Positions 41,647-51,741 of a stretch of 64,000 nt of DNA are shown here, piece by piece. This stretch comes from an uncultured Chloroflexia bacterium. Lineage in GTDB: Bacteria > Chloroflexota > Limnocylindria > Limnocylindrales > CSP1-4. How positions within the stretch are numbered: the stretch's first letter is position 1; every line of letters starts with the position of its first letter. The stretch covers positions 89,030 to 153,029 of the forward strand of contig CAWBFV010000004.1 in NCBI GenBank assembly GCA_963788235.1, written 5' to 3'. The translations under genes and the position numbers were made by a program. The notes under the pieces were generated by a model. That model was given only the letters and a program-made list of their open reading frames with translations. It had not been told where the DNA came from and ran no database searches.

Positions 41647-41919
41647 TCAGCGGCGGGCGAGCCGGTAGCTCATGCCCAGGACGAGCGCCCCGCTGATCAA
41701 TACCACCGTGAGGATCCACAGGGGTCGTTCGAGGTTGTCGGGGACGAGGTCCATGCGCTCGATGACGACGAGCGTCACGCCGATCGCGGCGGGAATGATC
41801 CCGAGGAGGACGCGGCCGACGGGGTGATCCGAGGCCGCGCGGTCGGCGTACTGCGACACGATGTGCGCGACGGCGACGAGGATCCCCGTCGCGATGAGGA
41901 TCAGCTCGATGCTCTGCAC
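41647..41919 (-). CDS. Small hypothetical membrane protein (3 predicted TM segments)
   Basis: ORF 41647..41919, hydrophobic segments. Lies directly downstream of the giant surface-protein gene. Confidence 0.4.
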   Translation of the reverse strand: MQSIELILIATGILVAVAHIVSQYADRAASDHPVGRVLLGIIPAAIGVTLVVIERMDLVPDNLERPLWILTVVLISGALVLGMSYRLARR

Positions 41920-41976
41920 GCCGCCATCCTATCGGCTCGCGCGGACACGCTGGTCACGACTCCCCCCACGTACCTT

Positions 41977-44900
41977 TCAGTTGGTCGTCACGACGAGTTC
42001 CGGAGGGTGGGCACCCTCCGAGCTATCGAAGAAGGAGCTATTCGTCGAGGTCGTCTTGATCGCGAACGCCACGTTGCCGACGTTGCCGTTCACCGGCGAG
42101 CCGACCAATGTGATCTCGATCCAGGCCCCGGCCACGGTCGTCGCCCCGGCCGAACCGAACGAGCTCCCGAGGGCCGGCGCGGCGTTGGCCCCACCCCAGG
42201 TGATCGTCGCCTCATTCCAGGCCGTCGACGTCCCGTAGACCGTCCCCGAGTCGGTGCTTACGTCGGTGATCCACAGGCGGAGCTTGACGCTGGCGACCGT
42301 GCCGGTCATGCCGGTCACGTTGAACTTCAGGTAGTCGCGATAGGTTGGCAGCGTGCCGCCGGCCGTCTCCTCGCGGAGCTGCAAGGTGGTCAGTGCGCCG
42401 TAGTTGGTGGTCGGCGACGTCGACTTGACGTGGGCGTCATCCGTTGCGATGAAGGTGAACGTGCCGCCGGCCGGGGCGTTCACGGTCAACGTCGCCGTCT
42501 TCGCCGTCGAGTCCGTCGTGCCGTCATTGACCTTGTAGGTGAACGAGTCGGGACCGCTGAATCCGGTTGTCGGCGTGTAGGTGACCGAGGCGGTGTCGGT
42601 GTTCGGGTTACCCGCGGTGCACGGGTTGTTGCTGATCGATCCGAGCGAGCCGTGGCTCGGCGGGTCCACGATCGAGAACGTCAGCTGGCACGTCTCGGCG
42701 TCGCTCCCGGAGAGGGCCACGTTGACGGCCTGGTTGAACGGCGTGGTCGCGCTCGTCGTATTGGCGGTCGGCGCGGTGTTCGGCGGTGGCGTGTTGTTGG
42801 TCACGCCCAATGGCGCGAACGCCGCGTCGGATTGCCCGCGGCGTCCTGGATCCATGGCGCGCTGCCAGGCTTGGTGTACGCGACCGTGACGGTCTGCCCG
42901 ATGGTCACCGGGGTGGCCAGCGTTAGCGTCGCGGTTGTGCCCGAGGGCGACCGACGGTGTTGACCGTGCGAGGGCTGCCAGCGACCTGGACGTTGAACGC
43001 CGAGCCGCGGGCACCGAGCCGGCGTCCAGGGCTTCGTCGAAGCTGATCACCAGCGTCGTGCCATTCACGGCCGCCGTCGTCGTGTCGGCGCCGTCGTGTC
43101 GACGGCGGCGTGTTGTTGGTCACGCCCAAGGCCGTGAACGTGGCCGTCGGATTGCCGGCGACGTCCCGCAGCCACGGCGCGCTACCCGGCTTGGTGTACG
43201 TGACGGTCACGGTCTGGCCGTTCGTTACCGGTGTTGCCAGCGTCAGCGTCGCCGCCGAGCCCGACAGCGAGACGTTGTTGACGGCTCTGTTGGTGGTGTT
43301 GACTTGCACGTCGAAGGCCGACGTGGCCGGTGTCGAGGTCCCATCGAGCGCCTCGTCGAAGTTGATCAAGAGCGTCGAGCCGTTCACGGTCGCCGAAGTC
43401 GGTGACGGCGCGGTCGTGTCGGCCGGCGGCGTGTTGTTGGTCACCGGGTTCGGCCCGAACGTGGCCGTCGGATTGGTCGCGACGTCCTGCAGCCAGGGCG
43501 GGCTGCCAGGCTTGGTGTAGGCGACCGTGACGGTCTGCCCGTTGGTCACCGGTGTGGTCAGGGTAAGGGTCGCCGTCGTGCCCGAGAGCGACACGTTGTT
43601 GACGGTGTCCGCGCTCGCGTTGACTTGCACGTCGAACGCGGAGCCCGCCGGCGTCGACGCCGGATCGAGCGCCTCGTTGAAGTTGATCACCAGCGTCGAG
43701 CCGTTGACCGTCGAAGTCGTGGGTGACGGTGCCGTCGTGTCGGCCGGCTGGCGTGTTGTTGGTGACGGCTGCAGCCGTGAAGTTCGCGGCATCGTTGCCG
43801 GCGACGTCCTGCACTGGGTTCGTGGCCGGCGCGGTGTAGGCCACGGTCACGGTGTCGGTGGCGACGACCGGGGAGGCAAGCGTCAGCGTCACCGACGAGC
43901 CCGACACGCCGACGATCGTCACCGAACGTGAGACGTTGTTCACCTGGACGTCGTACGCCGAGGGGAGCGGGTGCCGAGCTCGGAGTCGAGCGGCTCGTCG
44001 TAGCCGATCACCAGCGTCGAGCCGTTGACCGCGGCCGACGTCTTGGTGGGCGCCGTCGTGTCGGACGGAGCGGTCGTGGTCACGACGAGCTCCGGCGGGT
44101 GGGCACCCTCCGAGCTGTCGAAGATCGAGCTGTTCGTCGACGTCGTCTTGAGCGCGAACGCGACATTGCCGATGTTGCCGGTGACCGGCGACCCGACCAG
44201 GGGGATCTCGATCCAGGTCCCGGCGGTCGTCGTCGCTCCTGCGGAGCCGAACGAGGAGCCGAGCGCCGGAGCGCCATTCCAGACGATCGAGGCTTCGCTC
44301 CAGGACGTGGTCGTCCCGAAGACCGTGCCCGAGTCCGGGCTCACGTCGGTGATCCACAGGCGCAGCTTCACCGCGGTCACGCTCGAGCCGGTCATCCCGG
44401 TCACGTTGAACTTCAGGTAGTCGCGGTAGGTGACGCCCGGTGACGCCTCCTCGCGGAGCTGCAGCGTCGGGAGGGCCCCGTAATTGGTCGTTGGCGATGT
44501 CGACTTGACCTGGGCGTCCTCGGTCGCCTGGAAGGTGAACGTGCCACCGCCACCGCCACCGGTCGGCGTGACGGTCAGCGTGGCCGTCGCGGGCGTGGAG
44601 TCGGCCGTGCCGTCGTTGACCTTGTACGTGAACGAGTCCGGACCGTTGTAGCCACTCGTCGGCGTGTAGGTCACGGTCGCGGAGTCGTTGTTCGGGATGC
44701 CGGTGGTGCAGGTCGGGCTGCTGATCGACCCAAGCGTCCCGTGCGCCGGGCTCGCGACGATCGAGAAGGTGAGCTCACAGGTCTCCGGGTCGCTGCCGGA
44801 GAGGGGCACGGAGACCGGCGCGTTCTGCGGGGTCGTGGCGCTGGTGGCGTTCGCCGTCGGCGGCGTGTTCGTCGGCGGCGCGCCGCTGAGGACGTCGGCG

Positions 44901-46152
44901 TGCCAGTAGTTGCGGGTCGTGTCGTTGTAGCCCATCACGATCAGCCCCGTGGACGCCGTGATGTTCTGCTTCGTGCTCGTCGGGTTGTTGATCTTGAGGG
45001 CGCTCGCGTCCTTGATCACCACCGTGCCCGCGCCGCCGTCGAAGGCGATCGAGCCGATCGGGGACGTGTGCTGGTTGATGGTCCCGCCCGATCCGCCCGA
45101 CGTGGCGAAGACACGCAGGAGGCCATTGGTCTCGTCGATCTCGAGGATCGGCCTGGTCTGATCGAATGACGACGCCGAGACGAGGTGGTTCGCCCAGGTC
45201 CCGTTCGTCGCCCGATCGAGCAGCACGATCAGCGGGCTCGACCCGGCGTTGTCGAGGCTCGTCTTGACGACCGCGTAGACCTTGCCGCTCGCGTCGGTCT
45301 TGAGGTTCGAATGGTCGTCAGCAAGGTTGGTGCCGGTGTAGGCCGTCTCGATCGCCCAACCGGTCGTGTCGGCGGTGCCATCGGTGTGGACGGCGAAGAA
45401 GTCGGCGTCGGGGTTCGCGTTCTGGTTGCTCCAGAAGATGCCGATCTTGCCGCCGAACGCGATGATCGACGAGATGTCGTCGGTGTTGGCGGTCGCGGCC
45501 CCGGGCAGCAGGAACGGTGTTCCCCAGGCGTCGTTGGTGGTGGTGCGGTTGACCCAGATCTGGCCGCTCTGTTCCCAGGTCGCCCACAGCTTGCCGGTCG
45601 AGTCCTTGGCGATGACCAGGGTCTCGCTCCGGACCGAGTTGATGGTCTTCGGGAAGCCCGAGTCGACGGTATACGTGTCGTTCGACGTGTTGTAGCTGTA
45701 GCGGTAGAGGCGCGACGTCCCGCTCCCGTCGGTCTCGTTGAAGTTGTGCGACGCGACGTAGAGCTTGCCTGCAATCCCGTCCCACAGGACGTCCGCCCGG
45801 GTACTGCCTCGATCGTCGAGCCGCGTATTGGTGCGGCTCCACGTCTCGGTCGCCTGGTTCAGCTTCCAGATGTAGAAGTCGCTGGTGCCGGTATCCCACA
45901 AGCTGGCCCACCAGGACCCGTCGTTGAACCACAGCTTCGATTCGGGCTTGGAGCCGCTCGGGGCCGAGCCAGCACTCGGAAGGCCGGTGCTGCCGCCGCC
46001 GCCACTCGGGCCCTCGAAGCCGACGTCACCGGGATCGGCAGACGCCGCGGCCGGGATCGCCATCAACAGGCCGATGGCCACGGCCATCGCGGCGATCCAT
46101 CGGAGGCTTCGGGTGGGCAGGCGTCGCGACTGGGCGACTGGCAGGCTGGACA
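41977..46152 (-). pseudogene. Giant secreted surface protein: signal peptide + propeller-like domain + (Ig-like + DNRLRE/CBM96-like) + four SwmB-type Ig repeats + second (Ig-like + DNRLRE/CBM96-like) module; multiple frame shifts as sequenced
   Basis: ORFs 43940..46522, 43182..44357 (middle part), 42923..43792 and 41977..43068 are collinear. Probable GTG start at 46152 (SRRLPTRSLRWIAAMAVAIGLLMAIPAAASA); alternative ATG 46218. Repeats of DTTAP..VNGSTLVI.FDEALD...SAFDVQVN...TLTLATPV..GQTVTVTYTKP....VTNNTPP. Ig block TYTPTSGYNGPDSFTYKVNDGTADS. DNRLRE-like block VKSTSPTTNYGALPTLQLREE ... YLKFNVTGMTG ... KLRLWITDVS. Confidence 0.7.
42800..44065 (-). repeat. Four tandem ~300-320-nt coding repeats (SwmB/Ig-like domains) inside the giant surface-protein gene
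   Basis: Repeat starts (DTTAP...) at ~44062, ~43745, ~43440 and ~43110. The last copy shows at least five frame changes within ~300 nt. Confidence 0.75.
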
Positions 46153-46353
46153 CGCGCTCGGAACTCCCCCACACCGACACGGACCGCTCGTCACCGGTCC
46201 TTTCGGCGCAAGGGCGCATCCTACACCCCTGAACTTTCGGTGAGCATTGCAGGGTCCGGGGGCGGTGCGTCGTTGCACCACAAAGCGCCCGCGCCCGGCG
46301 CGCACTTGATACTGTCCAGCGGCCCACCCGTGCCCACGGCGCGGACCTTCGCG

Positions 46354-47517
46354 ATGCTGACCGAGCAGCAGGGAGTCGATGACCCAGACCCTCCCGTGCG
46401 GGGCGCGTTGATCGTGCGCGCCCCGGCGGACTTCGATCTTCACGGACTGGCCGGCGTGCGCGTCGTCGACGGCGACGATGCCGACGTCGCCGCCGTGGCG
46501 GCGCAGCTCGGCCCGCTGCCACGCCGGCTCGATCGGGAGCCGGACATCGTCATCCGCTTCGTCGACCGGATCGAGCACGCCTCGCGTCTTCGCTATCTGG
46601 GCGCTCGTGACGCCGGCTGGACCGACGACGGCTTCTTCGTGCTCCGGAGCCGCAAGCAGCCCGTGGTCGTGCGGCTGCCGATGGACCGCATCGGCGGGAC
46701 CTGCGAGATCGTGGCGGAACGCGGCGTACCCGCGATCCCGTTCCTCATCGCGGTGCTCAACCTGACCGTGCTCGGCAACGGTGCCCTGCCGCTCCACGCG
46801 GCCGCGTTCGAGCTCGACGGCGTCGGCACGCTGGTCACCGGCTGGTCCAAGGGCGGCAAGACCGAGCTGCTGATGGCCGCGGTCGGGGCCGGCGCCCGGT
46901 ACATCGGCGACGAGTGGGTCTATCTCACGACCGACGGCACCATGCGCGGCATCCCCGAACCGATCCGCCTGTGGGACTGGCACCTCGACCAGCTGCCGTC
47001 CGCTCGCGCGCGCCTGGGCCTGGGCGATCGGGTCAAGCTCCGGGGCATCCCCGCCCTGCGGCGCGTCGACCGCGCGACCCCACGCCGGCTGCGTCGGTTC
47101 CCACCCAACCGCTTGCTCCATCGCGCGATGCCGATCCTCGAGGGCCAGCTCCACGTCGACATGCCGCCCGAGCGGCTGTTCGGCCCGCTCGGGGCGCTGA
47201 TCGGCAGCGTCGATCGAATCCTGTTCGTGGTGAGTGCCGCGGGACCCGAGACCACCGTCGAGCCGATCGAGGCCGCGGACGTCGCTCGCCGCATGGCCGC
47301 ATCGCTCGCGTACGAACGCAACGATCTGCAGCTCCTCTGGCACCAGGCACGGTTCACGGACCCCGACCTGCGCAACGAGCACCTCGAGACCTCCGAGACG
47401 CGCCAGCGGGACCTCCTCGAGCGGATCCTTGCCGGGCGCCCGGCGTGGGTCGTCACCCATCCCTATCCGGTCGATCTCGCCGCCTTGTTCGAGTCGGTGA
47501 GGCCGGTCCTCCGGTGA
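46354..47517 (+). CDS. HPr-kinase/phosphorylase-like (HprK-related) P-loop protein
   Basis: ORF 46240..47517, ATG 46354. LHAAAFELDGVGTLVTGWSKGGKTELLMA matches the HprK C-terminal catalytic-domain P-loop (G-x-S-x-x-G-K-T). Confidence 0.6.
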   Translation: MLTEQQGVDDPDPPVRGALIVRAPADFDLHGLAGVRVVDGDDADVAAVAAQLGPLPRRLDREPDIVIRFVDRIEHASRLRYLGARDAGWTDDGFFVLRSRKQPVVVRLPMDRIGGTCEIVAERGVPAIPFLIAVLNLTVLGNGALPLHAAAFELDGVGTLVTGWSKGGKTELLMAAVGAGARYIGDEWVYLTTDGTMRGIPEPIRLWDWHLDQLPSARARLGLGDRVKLRGIPALRRVDRATPRRLRRFPPNRLLHRAMPILEGQLHVDMPPERLFGPLGALIGSVDRILFVVSAAGPETTVEPIEAADVARRMAASLAYERNDLQLLWHQARFTDPDLRNEHLETSETRQRDLLERILAGRPAWVVTHPYPVDLAALFESVRPVLR

Positions 47518-47524
47518 GGCCCCG

Positions 47525-48214
47525 ATGACGACGGTCGCATTGATCGGCGCGGACGGGGCAGGGAAGACCACGGTCGCCCGGCGCCTCGCGGACCTGCTGC
47601 CGGTACCGGTGCGCTACCTGTACATGGGCGTCAGCGCCGACTCCAGCAACGTGGCGCTGCCGACGACCCGGATCGCCCGCCGGATCAAGCGCGCGCTCGG
47701 TGCGGCCCCCGATACCGCCGGGCCGCCGTCCCACGGGCCGCGCAAGCCACGATCGAGATCGTTCCTCAAGCGTCGGGTCGCCGATGGCCGCGCCGCGCTC
47801 CGTCTCGGCAACCGGTTCGCCGAGGAGTGGTACCGCCAATGGCTGGCCTGGCGCTGGCAGCGCGCCGGCGCGGTGGTGGTGTTCGACCGCCACTTCTTCG
47901 TCGACTACCACGCCTATGACCTGACCGGGGCCGATCGGTCCTGGTCGCAGCGACTGCACGGCGCGGTGCTCGGGCGGCTGTACCCGCGCCCCGATCTGGT
48001 CGTGTACCTGGACGCGCCGGGGGCCGTCCTGCTCGCGCGCAAGGGCGAGGGCTCGGTCGACGCCCTCGAACGTCGGCGCGACGAATACCGGGCGATCGCC
48101 CCGCTGGTCCCGGCGTTCGTCGAGGTCGATGCCACCCAGCCGGTCGACGCGGTGGCGACCCAGGTCGCCGAGGCGATCCAGGCCCGTCTCGGCAAGGCGC
48201 GTCCGGGTGGCTGA
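47525..48214 (+). CDS. P-loop NTPase, nucleoside/nucleotide-kinase-like
   Basis: Walker A ALIGADGAGKTT, FDRHFF, LVVYLDAP. Fold is similar to dTMP/dNK-type kinases. Confidence 0.55.
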   Translation: MTTVALIGADGAGKTTVARRLADLLPVPVRYLYMGVSADSSNVALPTTRIARRIKRALGAAPDTAGPPSHGPRKPRSRSFLKRRVADGRAALRLGNRFAEEWYRQWLAWRWQRAGAVVVFDRHFFVDYHAYDLTGADRSWSQRLHGAVLGRLYPRPDLVVYLDAPGAVLLARKGEGSVDALERRRDEYRAIAPLVPAFVEVDATQPVDAVATQVAEAIQARLGKARPGG

Positions 48215-49430
48215 CCGCCGGCACGTCCTGGTGACCGACGCGAGTCGGGGGAGCGCGGTCGCCTTCATCCGCTCGCTCGGGCAGCGCGGCTGGCGCGTCA
48301 CGGCCGCCGACTTCGACCCGGCGAGCGCCGGGTTCCGGTCTCGCTACACGACCAGGCGGCTCCTGTATCCGAGACCGACCGACCACCCGGACGCCGTCGT
48401 CGAGGCGATCCTCGAAGCGGTCGCACGCGACGGCATCGACCTGGTCATCCCGGTCACCGACGAGGTCGGGCTGCCGCTGGCCGACGCGCGGGCGTCGTTC
48501 GAGGGCATCACCACGCTGGCCCTGCCCGAGCCCGAGGCGCTGGCGATGGCGCACGACAAGGGGGCGACGATCGCGCTGGCCGAGCGCCTGGGCGTCCCGA
48601 TCCCGGCGACTCGCTCCGTGCCGGCAGGCGGCGATGCGCTCGGGGCGGCGGCTGCCCTCGGCTATCCGGTCGTCGTGAAGCCCACCGTCTCGCGCGCGCT
48701 CCTCGTCGACGGGACGATCGGCTCGTACGCCGTTGCCTACGCCGCGGATCCCGACGAGCTTCGCCGGCGGATGGAGGCGATCGGCTCGACGTCCGTGCTG
48801 CTCCAACGCTGGCTGCCGGGCGTCGGGCTCGGCGTCGAGCTGCTGATGGACCGTGGACGGCCGATCGCGGCCTTCCAGCACCGCCGGCTCCGCGAGTCGC
48901 CACCGACCGGCGGCGCGAGCGCGCTCCGGGAGAGCGTCGATCTCGATCGTGATCTCTACGATCGTGCGGTGCAGATGCTCGGCGCCCTGCGCTGGACCGG
49001 TCTCGCGATGGTCGAATTCCGCCGAGGTCCCGATGGCATCGGCCATCTCATGGAGATCAACGGCCGCGTGTGGGGCTCGTTGCCGCTCGCCGTTCGTGCC
49101 GGGATGGATTTCCCGGGGCGCCTCGCGGACCTGTTGCTCGAGGACCGGCCGGCGGCCCCGCCGCCGGTCGCGACCGACTACCGCCGCGGCGTGCGATCCC
49201 GGAACCTTCGTCTCGAGCTCGGCTGGATCGGGGCGGTGCTTGTCGGCCGCCGTCGGTATCCATACCTGCCCTGGCCCGGGCGGTCGGCCTCGCTGGGGGC
49301 GATGGCCAGCCTGCTCGACCCGCGCATCGGCGACGACCTGATGTCGCGCTCCGATCCCGGACCCGGCGTCGCACAGCTCGGCTCGATCGCGCGCGACGTG
49401 CTCCGACGACGCGGAGCGCGGCGTGGCTAA
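48207..49430 (+). CDS. ATP-grasp domain protein (carboxylate-amine/thiol ligase type)
   Basis: GTG 48207 gives an 8-nt overlap with the upstream gene. DKGATIALAERLGVPIP, YPVVVKP, LLQRWLPG, GLAMVEFRRGPDGIGHLMEINGRVWGS. Confidence 0.7.
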   Translation: MADRRHVLVTDASRGSAVAFIRSLGQRGWRVTAADFDPASAGFRSRYTTRRLLYPRPTDHPDAVVEAILEAVARDGIDLVIPVTDEVGLPLADARASFEGITTLALPEPEALAMAHDKGATIALAERLGVPIPATRSVPAGGDALGAAAALGYPVVVKPTVSRALLVDGTIGSYAVAYAADPDELRRRMEAIGSTSVLLQRWLPGVGLGVELLMDRGRPIAAFQHRRLRESPPTGGASALRESVDLDRDLYDRAVQMLGALRWTGLAMVEFRRGPDGIGHLMEINGRVWGSLPLAVRAGMDFPGRLADLLLEDRPAAPPPVATDYRRGVRSRNLRLELGWIGAVLVGRRRYPYLPWPGRSASLGAMASLLDPRIGDDLMSRSDPGPGVAQLGSIARDVLRRRGARRG

Positions 49431-50457
49431 CCCGATCCGGCGGCTCGTCGCGTCCGCGACGCGTGGGCCCGTCGCCGCGGCCGGCGTCGCCGCGGTCGAC
49501 CGCATCGCCCCCCGCCGCCGGGGCGTGCTGTCGATCCTGACCTACCACCGTGTCGACGAGCCGGCCGCGCGCCCGGACCTGCTGCCGAGCCTGATCTCGG
49601 CCTCCCCGGCAGCGTTCGCCGAGCAGATGGCGATGGTCGCGCGGGCATTCGACGTCGTGTCGCTGGGGGACGTGCTGGATGCGCTCGATCGCCCCGAGCG
49701 GCTGCCGCGGCGCGCGGTCCTGCTGACCTTCGACGACGGGTACCGCGATTTCCTCACCCACGCCTGGCCGGTGCTGCGCGCGGCGTCGTTGCCGGCCACG
49801 CTGTTCGTCCCGACGGCGTTCGCCGACGACCCGACGCGGTCGTTCTGGTGGGACCGGCTGTGGGCCGCGCTCGTCGGCACGAGCCGCCAGGAGCCGATCC
49901 CCACGCCGCTCGGCGCATTGCCCGTCGGTCGAGCACACGCGGCGACCACCGCATCGACGCTGCGGACCTGGCTCAAGGAGCTGGATCACGATGCTGCGAT
50001 GGCCGAGGTCGACGCGCTGGTCGGCGAGCTCGGCGAGCCGTCGCCGCCCGATCAGCCGGCGGTGCTCGGCTGGGAGGACCTGCGGCGGCTGGCCTCGGAC
50101 GGCGTCACGCTGGCGCCGCACACGCGCACGCATCCATTGCTCGACCGCGTGCCCCTCGAGCGGGCGGTCGACGAGATCGCGGGATCGCACGCCGACCTCG
50201 AACGGGAGCTCGGGGGGACCGCGTCGGTCCCGCGCGTGCTGGCCTACCCGAGCGGCGCGTACGGCGGGTCCGCGCCCGAGGCCGCCGAGCGCGCCGGGAT
50301 GCACCTCGCGATGACCACCGACCGCGGTGGCAACGATCTGCGACGTGCGGATCGATGGCGGCTCCGCCGCATCAACGTGGGTGGCCGCGCGAGCACCCCG
50401 CTGGTGCGCGCCCAGCTGGCGTGGGCGGGTGCGCTCGATGCGCGGGGGCGCCGCTAG
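49423..50457 (+). CDS. Polysaccharide deacetylase (NodB homology domain) family
   Basis: GTG 49423 gives an 8-nt overlap. ILTYHRV, LLTFDDGYRDF, HTRTHPLL. Confidence 0.75.
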   Translation: MANPIRRLVASATRGPVAAAGVAAVDRIAPRRRGVLSILTYHRVDEPAARPDLLPSLISASPAAFAEQMAMVARAFDVVSLGDVLDALDRPERLPRRAVLLTFDDGYRDFLTHAWPVLRAASLPATLFVPTAFADDPTRSFWWDRLWAALVGTSRQEPIPTPLGALPVGRAHAATTASTLRTWLKELDHDAAMAEVDALVGELGEPSPPDQPAVLGWEDLRRLASDGVTLAPHTRTHPLLDRVPLERAVDEIAGSHADLERELGGTASVPRVLAYPSGAYGGSAPEAAERAGMHLAMTTDRGGNDLRRADRWRLRRINVGGRASTPLVRAQLAWAGALDARGRR

Positions 50458-51637
50458 CGCAGGTCGGCCTCCCAGAGCTCGTCGCTGGCGCCCGCGGACG
50501 TCGCACCGCCGAAGAGCACCAGGCGCTCCCCGGCCGGATCGTCGACCAGCACGGCCCCGGTGCGTGGGTCCGGCGCCGTGCCTGTCGCCTGGGCCGGCTC
50601 GATGGCGCTCGCGCCCCCTGCGACCACCCCGATGTCGCCGAGCGGCGTGCCGCCCTCGTCGACGCCCCCGAAGAGGACCGCCTCGTCGGTGTGGATGGCG
50701 ATCGCCATGCCCGTGCGGGGCGACAGCCCTGCGTCAGCCCCGAGCTGGGACCAGGCGCCTGCGCCGTCCGTGCCCGTGCCGGTCGCCCACAGGTCTCCCG
50801 CGAAGGTGTCGCCGTTGCGGCCGCCGAACAGCACGAACCTGCCGGCCGCGTCGATCCAGCAGGCCTGGCCGGACCGCGCCGATGGTGGTGTCTTGGCGTC
50901 GAGGCTGCTCCATCGGTTGGCCTGGACCTCGTAGCGCCACGTATCGTCGAGCGGGCCTCCCGCGCCGAGGCCGTGGCTGACCCACAGCCGCCCGTCGGCC
51001 GCCGCGGCCGCACACGCCCCCGATCGGGCCGGCAGGGCAGGGCCGGCGGGGGACAGCGCGCGCCACGAGCCGTCGCTCGGGTCGAAGCGCCAGATGTCCG
51101 CGAGCGGCCGGCCGGAGCTATCCCTGCCGCCGACCACGACCACCCCGACGCCATCCACCCAGGCCGCGACGTGGCCGCTGCGCGCTGGCGGCTCATCGGA
51201 CGTGCCGACCACCGGCTCCCAGGAGTCGGCGGCGAGGTCGTACGCCCACAGATCCCCGAGCGTCGAGCCGGCGGCAGGCTCGCCGTCCGGACCGATGCCC
51301 CCGCTCGTCCCGCCGTACAGGTACGCGATCCCGGTGCCGGGATCGACCGTCCAGGTCGCCGCCTGTCGCGCCACCGGCGCGACCCCCTCTGACGCGAGGC
51401 GGGTCCACGTCACGGCGCGGCCGGTCGGCCCGTCGGTCGCGACCCCGCTGGCCCCGGGTGTCGTGCCGGGCGGAACGGACGCCCCACCGCTCCCTGGCGG
51501 CACGGATCGCGACGCTGCCGCTCCCGTGGCGGACGGCGTCGCGGGTGGCGGTCCGAGGCGCGACGACACGACGATCGCGAGACCCGCGACGAACACCATG
51601 ATCAGCGACACGAGGGCGACGCGCGCCGGAAGACTCA
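50454..51637 (-). CDS. Membrane-anchored Kelch-repeat beta-propeller protein
   Basis: ATG 51637 (MSLPARVALVSLIMVFVAGLAIVV). Repeated ...R.GH.....DG....GG......L.D.W.YD....W.. units. Confidence 0.6.
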
Positions 51638-51741
51638 TCCCGGCATCGTAGTGCCGAACCTCCGTCGTACACTCCCGCCGACCCATCTGGGTATGCCAGC
51701 CACGAACCAACCTGGGGGAGGAGGTCGCAACGAACGCGTCG

